Shown here: positions 1-9,000 of the stretch, one piece after another
Layout: the number at the start of each line of letters is the position of its first letter
Numbering within the stretch: the stretch's first letter is position 1
Virus genome (UHGV): UHGV-0019103
DNA: 17,255 bases
Source of the DNA: a virus
Direction: 5' to 3' (one strand)
The notes under the pieces: model-generated
Seen by the model: only the letters and a program-made list of their open reading frames with translations
Database searches by the model: none
What the model was told of the DNA's origin: nothing
Made by a program: the position numbers and the translations under genes

Positions 1-50
1 CTATCGATGTGGTCAATGGAAGACGGTGACCAGGGATAGGGCTTATGCAT

Positions 51-77
51 AAAAAATAAGCCCGTGTAAGGGAGATT
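51..77. other. P2-type attachment core sequence (attL or attP core)
   Basis: 27-bp string AAAAAATAAGCCCGTGTAAGGGAGATT matches the P2 att core as I remember it, ~80 bp beyond the 3' end of int where P2 attP lies. Recalled from memory, not verified by search. Confidence 0.55.
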
Positions 78-156
78 TAGGGTGTCACCAGTAGGGGCTT
101 TCAACGGTACAATGCGGGTTTGAGCGGCATAAATTACCACTGAAAGCCCTTAAACG

Positions 157-1170
157 TTACTCTACTGTGGACACTGTGTGGACACTCTCGGCTTCAGTAC
201 CACCTCTTAGCGGATTAAGAGAAATGGCGTCCTGAAGGTACTCTGGCGCAAAATGAGCGTAAACCATAGTTTGCTCAATCCGCGTGTGACCTAGTATCCG
301 TTGTAGCGTGATAATACTTCCTCCATTAATCATGAAATGAGTGGCAAAGCTGTGCCTTAGTGCATGTGTGGCTTGCCCCGTTGGCAAATCCGGTTTTATT
401 GCTTTCATTGTTCGTCTGAAGCGAGGGTAATCAGCATCAGGGAATAAAAAACCTCGTTTGTTATCCGCGATCATTTTGGCAACAGCCTCTGAGATCGGGA
501 CGGTGCGTGGTTTGTTTGTTTTCGTTTTAACAAACGTGACGCGGTTATGGATGATATTTTCTGCTTTCAAACGAGCTGCTTCTCCCCAACGTGCTCCTGT
601 ACTCAGGCAAAGAATCGCAATCTTTTTGTTGTCGCCGTCAAGTGCTGCAAGCAGTAAGGCAATTTCTTCCTGTGTGAGATAGCCTGTTTCTGGTTTTTCC
701 TCCTTAAGCCTCTTTGTCCCTCTGATAGGGTGCTCACCAAAGAATAACTCCGCTTCAATCAGGGCTGTAAACATGCCGCTAATACATGTTAAATCACGAT
801 TGATACTCGAAGGTTTAATACCCTGACTTCTTCGGGTGGCGCAGTACTGGCTGATAAGGGATTTCGTGATTTGAAATGCGCATGGGTCATTCGTTATTTT
901 TGTGAAGATTTCAATTTTTCCAAGATTAGATTTCCCATGCTCTTCGTGTTTACCCTTTAAATCCCACCAGATCTGTGTCAGTTCCGACAGACGTCGTTTG
1001 TCTGTTGGTTTTGATAGCCATTCTTTATTGTGGTGGTTGTACAACGTGTATTTTTCGAAAGCGACAGCTTCGCTTTTCTTATCAAACTTCCTACGGATGC
1101 GTTTTCCGTTACGTCCAGTAGGGCGGATGTCCACTTCATATCGACCATCATCGAGTTTTTTGATTGCCAT
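157..1170 (-). CDS. int: Tyrosine integrase (P2 Int-like), 337 aa
   Basis: ORF 157..1170 (-). C-terminal catalytic signature HALRHSFATHF ... LGHTRIEQTMVYAH (R-H-x-x-R ... Y) typical of tyrosine recombinases; GGAGG RBS 8 nt upstream of ATG; adjacent to att core; length as recalled for P2 Int. Confidence 0.93.
   Translation of the reverse strand: MAIKKLDDGRYEVDIRPTGRNGKRIRRKFDKKSEAVAFEKYTLYNHHNKEWLSKPTDKRRLSELTQIWWDLKGKHEEHGKSNLGKIEIFTKITNDPCAFQITKSLISQYCATRRSQGIKPSSINRDLTCISGMFTALIEAELFFGEHPIRGTKRLKEEKPETGYLTQEEIALLLAALDGDNKKIAILCLSTGARWGEAARLKAENIIHNRVTFVKTKTNKPRTVPISEAVAKMIADNKRGFLFPDADYPRFRRTMKAIKPDLPTGQATHALRHSFATHFMINGGSIITLQRILGHTRIEQTMVYAHFAPEYLQDAISLNPLRGGTEAESVHTVSTVE
166..185. promoter_or_regulatory. 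Direct repeats TGTGGACAC x2, candidate Int arm-type binding sites
   Basis: TGTGGACAC at 166-174 and 177-185 (11-bp periodicity) inside the last codons of int next to the att core; resembles the P2 Int arm-site consensus (TGTGGACA) as recalled. Confidence 0.4.
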
Positions 1171-1285
1171 CAGAAAACCCTCCGAGTGGTACTTTTTTTT
1201 GCTACTACTAATCGCTTTTTTCGTGGTGGCTGAAATTTAGCCACCAATAGTAGGCACTTGTGATGAATATATTCACGATAAATTG

Positions 1286-1585
1286 TTAACCAGTCTTTTG
1301 ACCGGAGTGGGGCGACGTTGTTTCGTTTTGCCCAAAGTGTGCGAGAGCGGGCGCAATTTGCCCGGCTTCTGGAGCTACCTGATCAGTCATGAACCACAAA
1401 GTATATTTAGTAAATCTGGGATGTTGTAAGACCTTCATTATGGCTTCAACTCCAGCGTTTTTTGACCGGCTCTCATAGCTCGAAAGTGAGCTGTAGGCTA
1501 CACCAGTTAATTCACTGAATTCTTTACGGTTTAACCTTTCAGATTCACGGATTAACTTCAACTTCTCCGAAACGTCTATTGACAT
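1286..1585 (-). CDS. C: Immunity repressor C (P2 C-like), 99 aa
   Basis: ORF 1286..1657 (-); preferred start is the internal ATG at 1585 (MSIDVSEKLKLIRESERLNRKEFSELTGV...), giving 99 aa as recalled for P2 C. HTH-like segment RKEFSELTGVAYSSLSSYE. Divergent from cox. Confidence 0.8.
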   Translation of the reverse strand: MSIDVSEKLKLIRESERLNRKEFSELTGVAYSSLSSYESRSKNAGVEAIMKVLQHPRFTKYTLWFMTDQVAPEAGQIAPALAHFGQNETTSPHSGQKTG

Positions 1586-1706
1586 AATTACTCCGATTGC
1601 GTAATTTCTTGCTGATGGTGTGAAATGTTGTGCTTCTGGAGTTATCCTTTTAGGCAATAATTAGCCATTAGGAGCCATTAGAAGCACTAAGGGAGAATCG
1701 TAGCAG
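1586..1706. promoter_or_regulatory. C/cox divergent promoter-operator region (lysis-lysogeny switch); contains tandem direct repeats AGCCATTAG at 1663-1671 and 1673-1681
   Basis: 121-bp gap between divergent C (-) and cox (+). Two perfect 9-bp direct repeats one bp apart, a short distance upstream of the cox RBS (AAGGGAGA at 1689-1696); repeated TTAG motifs across 1650-1690. Exact promoter hexamers not confidently assigned. Confidence 0.5.
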
Positions 1707-1982
1707 ATGAATAGACAGCTTGTAAGCGTGACTGATGCCGTGCCTTATCAGGAGTTTGCAAAACTCATTGGTAAAACTCCAAGAGCTGTAAGGGGCATGA
1801 TTGAGAAAGGGAAATTACCAGTTATTGAGATTACTGACCCTCAGTCAGTATCGGGGCGTGCTGGTGAATATTGGGTATACCTTCCGGCATGGAATAACGG
1901 ACTAAAACTGGCTTATGAAAGCCGTCCTAAAGAGATTCGTGACGGCTGGTTGATGTGGTTAGGTCTCGGTGAACCACGTTAA
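1707..1982 (+). CDS. cox: Cox (excisionase / repressor of Pc / directionality factor), 91 aa
   Basis: First gene of the rightward early operon opposite C; 91 aa as recalled for P2 Cox; sequence ...PYQEFAKLIGKTPRAVRGMIEKGKLPVIEITDPQSVSGRAGEYWVYLPAWNNGLKLAYE... consistent with Cox. Confidence 0.88.
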   Translation: MNRQLVSVTDAVPYQEFAKLIGKTPRAVRGMIEKGKLPVIEITDPQSVSGRAGEYWVYLPAWNNGLKLAYESRPKEIRDGWLMWLGLGEPR

Positions 1983-1992
1983 GGAGAACCGT

Positions 1993-2163
1993 ATGAATGA
2001 GCCTCGTTGTATTGCTCAGTTATTGCGTAACGAAAGCCCCAGGGCGATTGACTTCACCATCACCCACGGTAAGGGGCGTAAGGGAATCATTATCCGCACC
2101 AAAAAACAGAGTCCGTTAAAAAAGGCTCTGACCTTTCTGAAAAGCCGGAGGGTCTGGAAATGA
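1993..2163 (+). CDS. Small early protein (P2 orf78-like), 56 aa
   Basis: ATG at 1993 preceded by AAGGAG (1981-1986); stop overlaps B start (ATGA at 2160-2163). Position equivalent to P2 orf78. Confidence 0.55.
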   Translation: MNEPRCIAQLLRNESPRAIDFTITHGKGRKGIIIRTKKQSPLKKALTFLKSRRVWK

Positions 2164-2660
2164 CAGTGATGACGCTTAATCTCGTTGAAAAACAGCCAGC
2201 AGCTATGCGCCGGATAATTGGTAAGCATCTGGCCGTCCCTCGCTGGCAGGAGACATGCGATTATTATAATCAGATGATGGAACGCGAACGGCTAACGGTT
2301 TGCTTCCATGCGCAGTTAAAACAGCGTCACGCAACGATGCGTTTTGAAGAAATGAACGACGTCGAACGTGAACGGCTGGTTTGTGCAATTGATGAACTGC
2401 GTGGGGCATTCTCAAAACGCCGTCAGGTCGGTGCAAGTGAGTATGCATATATTAGCTTTTTAACTGTCAGTCAGCGCCGTACTTTATTTATGCATGCCGG
2501 ATTGACTGAAAAAGAATTCAACCAGCCATACTGGCGAATTAATGAAGAATCATGTTACTGGCGTGATGCCTTATTCCGTGCATTACGTGAATTATTCAGC
2601 CTGTTTGAGTATGCACCGACAATTCTGACGTCGGTAAAACCAGAGCAATATCTGCATTAA
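2160..2660 (+). CDS. B: Replication protein B (P2 B-like), 166 aa
   Basis: 166 aa ORF in the position and of the length recalled for P2 gene B; translationally coupled to the upstream ORF. Confidence 0.8.
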   Translation: MTVMTLNLVEKQPAAMRRIIGKHLAVPRWQETCDYYNQMMERERLTVCFHAQLKQRHATMRFEEMNDVERERLVCAIDELRGAFSKRRQVGASEYAYISFLTVSQRRTLFMHAGLTEKEFNQPYWRINEESCYWRDALFRALRELFSLFEYAPTILTSVKPEQYLH

Positions 2661-2723
2661 GTAATTAACCAGAGTTTTTAACGCACTTAATTGTGCGGGG
2701 CTTCTTTTTGCCTGGAGAAAGTC

Positions 2724-2948
2724 ATGCATACAGTTTCTGAAAATCAGTGCGGTAAATACGCATTACTGCTGCAACAGGCCAGAACCGAAGCACAGGCCGA
2801 CGCAGCGACGCGCTTTTCTTCTCATCTTGACGCCATGATTCGCCACATCACAAAGGCGGAGTTATCCCGCGTGGAGATAGTCGAGCTGCTCAGTCAGGAG
2901 TCGGAAAAATTTCACAATATCGGATTGTCTCGCGGGGAGGTGCTTTGA
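2724..2948 (+). CDS. Hypothetical early protein (P2 orf80-like), 74 aa
   Basis: ORF 2691..2948; preferred ATG at 2724 preceded by GGAGA (2713-2717). The 2691 start is a TTG. Confidence 0.5.
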   Translation: MHTVSENQCGKYALLLQQARTEAQADAATRFSSHLDAMIRHITKAELSRVEIVELLSQESEKFHNIGLSRGEVL

Positions 2949-3250
2949 TGTCCTGTTCTCGTTCAGTTGTATTACTGAATAACGCCTTAAAAATCGCCGT
3001 TATGAAAAATGGCGATTTATCTCTTATTCAACTTGGTCTTGATAAAGAAAAACGCGAAATAACTGAGTCTGTTATCGCGATTTATCAGAACGAATTAAAT
3101 CTCCTGTCTGATGTGGTCAATTTACTTGTTAAACGCGCTGTATTTCACAAGCAAATCTCCTCCGTGGATGAACTGACGAAATTAACGACAGAAATCGCCA
3201 GCTATTGCGCTGATGAATTTAAAAAACTGAACGACAAAAGGAACTGGTAA
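2948..3250 (+). CDS. Hypothetical early protein (P2 orf81-like), 100 aa
   Basis: ATG at 2948 overlapping the upstream stop (TGATG); comparatively AT-rich; overlaps the orf82-like start (TAATG at 3248-3252). Confidence 0.5.
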   Translation: MSCSRSVVLLNNALKIAVMKNGDLSLIQLGLDKEKREITESVIAIYQNELNLLSDVVNLLVKRAVFHKQISSVDELTKLTTEIASYCADEFKKLNDKRNW

Positions 3251-3474
3251 TGCCGGACAACGTAGATTTTATTCAGGAACAACAGGCTGAATTACTGGAG
3301 CGCCAGATTAACGCGGCAAGGGTAAAACATTGCGGTGCTTCTGCGCTGGTTTGCGAAGAGTGTGACGCGCCAATACCTGCTGCCCGTCGTGCGGCTTATC
3401 CGTCAGCCACGCGTTGTGTTTCCTGTCAGGCAGTCTTTGAAGCAAAAAACAAACATTACCGGAGAACGGCATGA
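3250..3474 (+). CDS. TraR/DksA-family C4 zinc-finger protein (P2 orf82-like), 74 aa
   Basis: Motif C35-E-E-C38, 17 residues, C56-V-S-C59, i.e. CxxC-N17-CxxC, characteristic of the DksA/TraR C4-type zinc finger; small size and early-operon location. Confidence 0.7.
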   Translation: MPDNVDFIQEQQAELLERQINAARVKHCGASALVCEECDAPIPAARRAAYPSATRCVSCQAVFEAKNKHYRRTA

Positions 3475-3746
3475 GTATTCGTATTGAAATTGGCGAACGT
3501 TATGTCGTTACCAGTGACAGCTTTCAGTTTATTCTCCACGAGAAAAAGAGAGCGGAAAGCGGTAAAAACGCCGGTCAGGAATGGCTGGCGGTGGTTGGTT
3601 ATTACCCGAAATTAAGCCAGCTCGTTTCCGGCCTGATGCATCACGATATTCTGACCGGAAGCGCAAAGTCTTTTGCTGATTTAAACGCGCAGGTTGAGCA
3701 ACTCAGCAAGCGTTGTTCAGAGGCTTTTGGCTCATATGACCGTTAA
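3471..3746 (+). CDS. Hypothetical early protein (P2 orf83-like), 91 aa
   Basis: ATG at 3471 overlapping the upstream stop (ATGA); 3' end overlaps the A start by 11 nt. Confidence 0.5.
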   Translation: MSIRIEIGERYVVTSDSFQFILHEKKRAESGKNAGQEWLAVVGYYPKLSQLVSGLMHHDILTGSAKSFADLNAQVEQLSKRCSEAFGSYDR

Positions 3747-5838
3747 AGCCTCCGGGCATTTTGTCCCTCCGTCAGTATTTGCCGCAGGCACCGGTGAGAC
3801 GTTTACCGGTGCTTATGCATGGAACGCGCCACGCGAGGCCGTCGGGCGCGAAAGACCCCTTACACGTGACGAGATGCGTCAGGTGCAAGGTGTTTTATCC
3901 ACGATTAACCGCCTGCCTTACTTTTTGCGCTCGCTGTTTACTTCACGCTATGACTACATCCGGCGCAATAAAAGCCCGGTGCACGGGTTTTATTTCCTCA
4001 CATCCACTTTTCAGCGTCGTTTATGGCCGCGCATTGAGCGTGTGAATCAGCGCCATGAAATGAACACCGACGCGTCGTTGCTGTTTCTGGCAGAGCGTGA
4101 CCACTATGCGCGCCTGCCGGGAATGAATGACAAGGAGCTGAAAAAGTTTGCCGCCCGTATCTCATCGCAGCTTTTCATGATGTATGAGGAACTCAGCGAT
4201 GCCTGGGTGGATGCACATGGCGAAAAAGAATCGCTGTTTACGGATGAGGCGCAGGCTCACCTCTATGGTCATGTTGCTGGCGCTGCACGTGCTTTCAATA
4301 TTTCCCCGCTTTACTGGAAAAAATACCGTAAAGGACAGATGACCACGAGGCAGGCATATTCTGCCATTGCCCGTCTGTTTAACGATGAGTGGTGGACTCA
4401 TCAGCTCAAAGGCCAGCGTATGCGCTGGCATGAGGCGTTACTGATTGCTGTCGGGGAGGTGAATAAAGACCGTTCTCCTTATGCCAGTAAACATGCCATT
4501 CGTGATGTGCGTGCACGCCGCCAGGCAAATCTGGAATTTCTTAAATCGTGTGACCTTGAAAACAGGGAAACCGGCGAGCGCATCGACCTTATCAGTAAGG
4601 TGATGGGCAGTATTTCTAATCCTGAAATTCGCCGGATGGAGCTGATGAACACCATTGCCGGTATTGAGCGTTACGCCGCCGCAGAGGGTGATGTGGGGAT
4701 GTTTATCACGCTTACCGCGCCGTCAAAGTATCACCCGACACGTCAGGTCGGAAAAGGCGAAAGTAAAACCGTCCAGCTAAATCACGGCTGGAACGATGAG
4801 GCATTTAATCCAAAGGATGCGCAACGTTATCTCTGCCATATCTGGAGCCTGATGCGCACGGCATTCAAGGATAATGATTTACAGGTCTACGGTTTGCGTG
4901 TCGTCGAGCCACACCACGACGGAACGCCGCACTGGCATATGATGCTTTTTTGTAATCCACGCCAGCGTAACCAGATTATCGAAATTATGCGTCGCTATGC
5001 GCTCAAAGAGGATGGCGACGAAAGAGGAGCCGCGCGAAACCGTTTTCAGGCAAAACACCTTAACCAGGGCGGTGCTGCGGGGTATATCGCGAAATACATC
5101 TCAAAAAACATCGATGGCTATGCACTGGATGGTCAGCTCGATAACGATACCGGCAGACCGCTGAAAGACACGGCTGCGGCTGTTACCGCATGGGCGTCAA
5201 CGTGGCGCATCCCACAATTTAAAACGGTTGGTCTGCCGACAATGGGGGCTTACCGTGAACTACGAAAATTGCCTCGCGGCGTCAGCATTGCTGATGAGTT
5301 TGACGAGCGCGTCGAGGCTGCACGCGCCGCCGCAGACAGTGGTGATTTTGCGTTGTATATCAGCGCGCAGGGTGGGGCAAATGTCCCGCGCGATTGTCAG
5401 ACTGTCAGGGTCGCCCGTAGTCCGTCGGATGAAGTTAACGAGTACGAGGAAGAAGTCGAGAGAGTGGTCGGCATTTACGCGCCGCATCTCGGCGCGCGTC
5501 ATATTCATATCACCAGAACGACGGACTGGCGCATTGTGCCGAAAGTTCCGGTCGTTGAGCCTTTGACTTTAAAAAGCGGCATCGCCGCGCCTCGGAGTCC
5601 TGTCAATAACTGTGGAAAGCTCACCGGTGGTGATACTTCGTTACCGGCTCCCACGCCTTCTGAGCACGCCGCAGCAGTGCTTAATCTGGTTGATGACGGT
5701 GTTATCGAATGGAATGACCCGGAGGTCGTGAGGGCGCTCAGAGGTGCACTAAAACACGGTCTAAGGACACAAAATTATCTGCGAGACACAGCTCGCTCCC
5801 TAGATTCATGTTTACTCATGATTGGTGATTTTATATAA
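3736..5838 (+). CDS. A: Rolling-circle replication initiator A (HUH endonuclease, phiX174 gpA superfamily), ~700 aa
   Basis: HUH motif PHWHMMLF (H-W-H codons at 4930-4938) and two-tyrosine motif GYIAKYISK (Tyr codons 5083-5085 and 5095-5097). Preferred start ATG 3736 (MTVKASG...); the ORF-track start at 3694 is a TTG. Confidence 0.88.
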   Translation: MTVKASGHFVPPSVFAAGTGETFTGAYAWNAPREAVGRERPLTRDEMRQVQGVLSTINRLPYFLRSLFTSRYDYIRRNKSPVHGFYFLTSTFQRRLWPRIERVNQRHEMNTDASLLFLAERDHYARLPGMNDKELKKFAARISSQLFMMYEELSDAWVDAHGEKESLFTDEAQAHLYGHVAGAARAFNISPLYWKKYRKGQMTTRQAYSAIARLFNDEWWTHQLKGQRMRWHEALLIAVGEVNKDRSPYASKHAIRDVRARRQANLEFLKSCDLENRETGERIDLISKVMGSISNPEIRRMELMNTIAGIERYAAAEGDVGMFITLTAPSKYHPTRQVGKGESKTVQLNHGWNDEAFNPKDAQRYLCHIWSLMRTAFKDNDLQVYGLRVVEPHHDGTPHWHMMLFCNPRQRNQIIEIMRRYALKEDGDERGAARNRFQAKHLNQGGAAGYIAKYISKNIDGYALDGQLDNDTGRPLKDTAAAVTAWASTWRIPQFKTVGLPTMGAYRELRKLPRGVSIADEFDERVEAARAAADSGDFALYISAQGGANVPRDCQTVRVARSPSDEVNEYEEEVERVVGIYAPHLGARHIHITRTTDWRIVPKVPVVEPLTLKSGIAAPRSPVNNCGKLTGGDTSLPAPTPSEHAAAVLNLVDDGVIEWNDPEVVRALRGALKHGLRTQNYLRDTARSLDSCLLMIGDFI

Positions 5839-5863
5839 AAGCGGGGAGTGGTCTTCAAAATGC

Positions 5864-5892
5864 TCCTGTAGCATTACGTGTAGACTTATAAT
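5864..5892 (+). promoter_or_regulatory. Candidate sigma70 promoter for the SIR2-like cargo gene (-35 TTACGT at 5864-5869, 17-bp spacer, -10 TATAAT at 5887-5892)
   Basis: Perfect TATAAT at 5887-5892 in the AT-rich leader ~130 bp upstream of the 6021 start; weak -35 at correct spacing. AT-rich DNA yields many chance -10-like hexamers. Confidence 0.3.
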
Positions 5893-6020
5893 AGAAATTA
5901 TATACAAATCAATAAGTTATTTTTGTTTTGTATTATGTGTTGATGCTTTGGTTTCATAATGTAAAAATTATCAGAAATTCTCTGCTTGTAGTTTCGTCAT
6001 ATAACGAAAGGGATTGCTTA

Positions 6021-9000
6021 ATGTTTAATTCTTATACTGAATTTGTAAAGTCTTTGGTATTGGATATTCGGAAAGGTAAAGACGTTAGTTTTCTTCTGGG
6101 GTCAGCCGTGAGTTGCTCGCCGGAGGGGAATGGGGTACCGGGCGTTTCAGGGATGAATGATATTCTGCGGCAATATATGATTGATTTAGATATTTATGAT
6201 GGCTTTGAAAGTAACATAATCGGTTTAAGTGAAACTGATAAATATCAAAAAAGTTTCGAATACCTTTTGAAGGTAGGTGATCAAGATGAAGTTAAAGAAA
6301 TAATGGCTCTTGCAATGAATAATGCAAGGAGCGGCGACAAATGGTTAATTACTAAATCACTTGATGATTTTTCAAGGCTTATTTCAGAAACTAGCATTAA
6401 AGTAAAATGCATACTTACAACAAATTTTGATCCATTGATTGAAGAGGCATTGTTTAGAGTAAATAGAAATTGTAATGTACATAATCTTATTGTAGATCAA
6501 CCAATTGGTAGCGTTACCAGCTATTCAGGCGAATCCATTCCCGTAGTGCATTTACATGGAGTTTGGGATGGAGATACTATGCATACTCAAACTCAGCTTT
6601 CTTCATTGAGGAAAAAAATTGAGTTGTCAATAAAAAATATATTGGATACAAGTAAATTATATGTTATTGGATATGCAGGTTGGGATGATGTTTTTCTACA
6701 GGCGTTAAGAAACATCGTCCATGAGTTTCAGCCAAGTTATAATGTTAGATGGGGTTTTTATAAAAACTCAATTGATGATGTGAGTAAAGAACATTCACGA
6801 TTGATTGAAATTATTCAACCAGCGCTTGTTAATGCTCGTTTTCAAGGATATGTTGGGGTTGACTGTAATACATACTTTGAAGATGCTTTGGCTGAGATTA
6901 GTAAAAAAAAACAATTAAGTAAGTTTGTTGTAAAAAAAACTGGATTACAGCCGATAACAGAAAGCATAGTTATTTCGCTGAGACCCTATAACCTTTCAGT
7001 TGAGCCTGCGCATGATATAATTAGATTAGTAGAGCAAAAAAAAGCCACTGATTATTTAAATAATAACAATCATTTTGAGCTTGTTTCTGGTTGGGGATAC
7101 GGAAAAGCAGGTTTTTTATATTCTTTTATTCATGATGAATTTTATGATTTCACATGTTATTATAGTGATGTCAATGGATTGACTGAATCTCGTGATATTG
7201 AAGTTAAAATAAAACAGGATATCGGTATCGATATTGCAACCTTCATATCTAATAATGGATTAGGAAAGCGGATTTTAATTCTTGATAACATAGCCAGACT
7301 TCCTCCATCAACTAAAGCTTTCTTTTCTGAGATTGCGAAATTATCATCAGATCTTAGTTCTGGTGTGAAAGTTATTTTTGTATCAGCGACATGTAACGGG
7401 ATATGCTCTGGTATAGTGGAATTACAGCCTTTATCTTTAGATGATATAAAGGAGTATATTAAAGTTGGCACTGATATTACTGAAATAAAAAGAGAGAAAC
7501 TTGATAGGTTGTATGAAATAACAAATGGAATACCTTTAAAATTAGATAAGGTTAAAGAGTATTATGAGTTAATGTCATTTGATGAAGTCCTTGATGCAGG
7601 GAATATTGTTGTTTCGGCAGAGGGAACAAATACGGACATTCCACACTACATATCCAAGCAAATAAACGAGATTAGAAGTGATAATAGAAAACTATATTCA
7701 TTACTATGCATTTTCTCTATGCTTGAATATGGGGAGAAATTGACAAATATTCGCTCTTATTATTCATCGTATGATTTTCATTTTGATGATTTCGCAAAAC
7801 TAGAAAGATATGGTCTGATTTATACAATTACAAAGGATAATTATAAAATATTAAGGATATCACCAGTTGTTAGTGATTTTGTAAAGCAGGGTATGGATCC
7901 TAACCAACGGTATGAACTTGTAAAAAAATCCCTAGGACTTTGTATCGGTAGCGATTGGATGTCAGGGAAAGTGAGAGTCTCTCCTACAGTGAAGATGATG
8001 CTTGAAAGCACGGAGTTTTATCCTGGAAATGTCCATTCAGCTATTAGTTCATACTTTTCATTAATAGATATTAATAATTATGATCGAGAAGTCAAATCAT
8101 TAATACATGTTTCTATAGGATATTGCATCTTTTTAAAGAGTGCATGTTACTATAAAGAACTCGTCGCATTTTCTCGGATGCTTTATTCTAATATTTCTCA
8201 TTTGGATATTCTTGATAAATTTAGGGCTGCGTATTTTTTGGCTACAAGTTTAAGAATGATTGATGAGGTTGAACAAAGTGTTGAATTTATTGAGCCTTTA
8301 AGTGATGAGTTCGAGGCAAAAGAGTTTTGTCAAAAGGAATATTATTTTAAAATGCTTGATAATATTATGATGGCATGCTCTGAATATAATGATGAAAAAG
8401 CACGAAAATACGCAATAAAATTAAAAAAGATAGCTCCAAAGTCTTCTAGTTATTATATCAATGCTGAAGTTCATTTGGCTGACGAATTGTCTCATGGTAA
8501 AAGGGTTAATAAGCTTATTTCTCTCGAGAAAAAGTCCCGAGCTGCTGGGTATAACACGCTGGCTAATAATATTAGCATTAAACTTCATTATTTGTTTTCT
8601 GGTTCATCTTTCAAATATATTGATAATGCCATAAAAAATGAAGGGGGAGTGTATACTAAGGCCAGGGCGTTACTTGTTAAGTATGAAGAGTTGGTACGTT
8701 GCGGAGAGTTTGAAAAAATTGATGCGGAGGGGGTGAGGGAATTAAAGGCCGTTTATGATTATTTGTTCTTGCAGCGATTAGATGAGCTTTTTAACAGATG
8801 TACCGATGTGTTATGGCAGCTTATGAAAGCGTATCGGGATGTTAATGGCTTATACTACTTATTTAAGCGTGGTTCTGTAATTTGGCGTGTAACCTCATCT
8901 TATGATAAAGAGTTAGAATATGCTAAGGAGTTGAATGAGCAACAGTTTGATATCAGTGGAGGAGGTGATGATATGAAATATTTATCAATCAGACTGAGTT

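Noticed and set aside
458-1240. Plus-strand ORFs antisense to int (458..682, 902..1240, 1030..1233)
   Set aside because: Embedded antisense within the integrase gene, whose catalytic motifs confirm the minus-strand frame.
1225-1245. Inverted repeat between C and int as a rho-independent terminator
   Set aside because: In the transcribed (minus-strand) orientation the stem is followed by A residues rather than a U-tract, so it lacks terminator geometry.
3694-3735. Upstream TTG-initiated extension of A
   Set aside because: Relies on a TTG start deep inside the preceding ORF; ATG at 3736 gives an N-terminus (MTVKASG...) that agrees better with my recollection of P2 A, though this is not verified.
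5928-6020. N-terminal extension of the large ORF (start at 5928, MYYVLMLWFHNVKIIRNSLL...)
   Set aside because: No RBS, hydrophobic junk-like sequence within the AT-rich leader; ATG at 6021 has a well-spaced AAAGGG RBS and begins the SIR2-like domain sensibly.
7160-7471. 103-aa minus-strand ORF inside the SIR2-like gene
   Set aside because: Fully embedded antisense to a much longer, motif-bearing ORF; no start context; typical spurious ORF.
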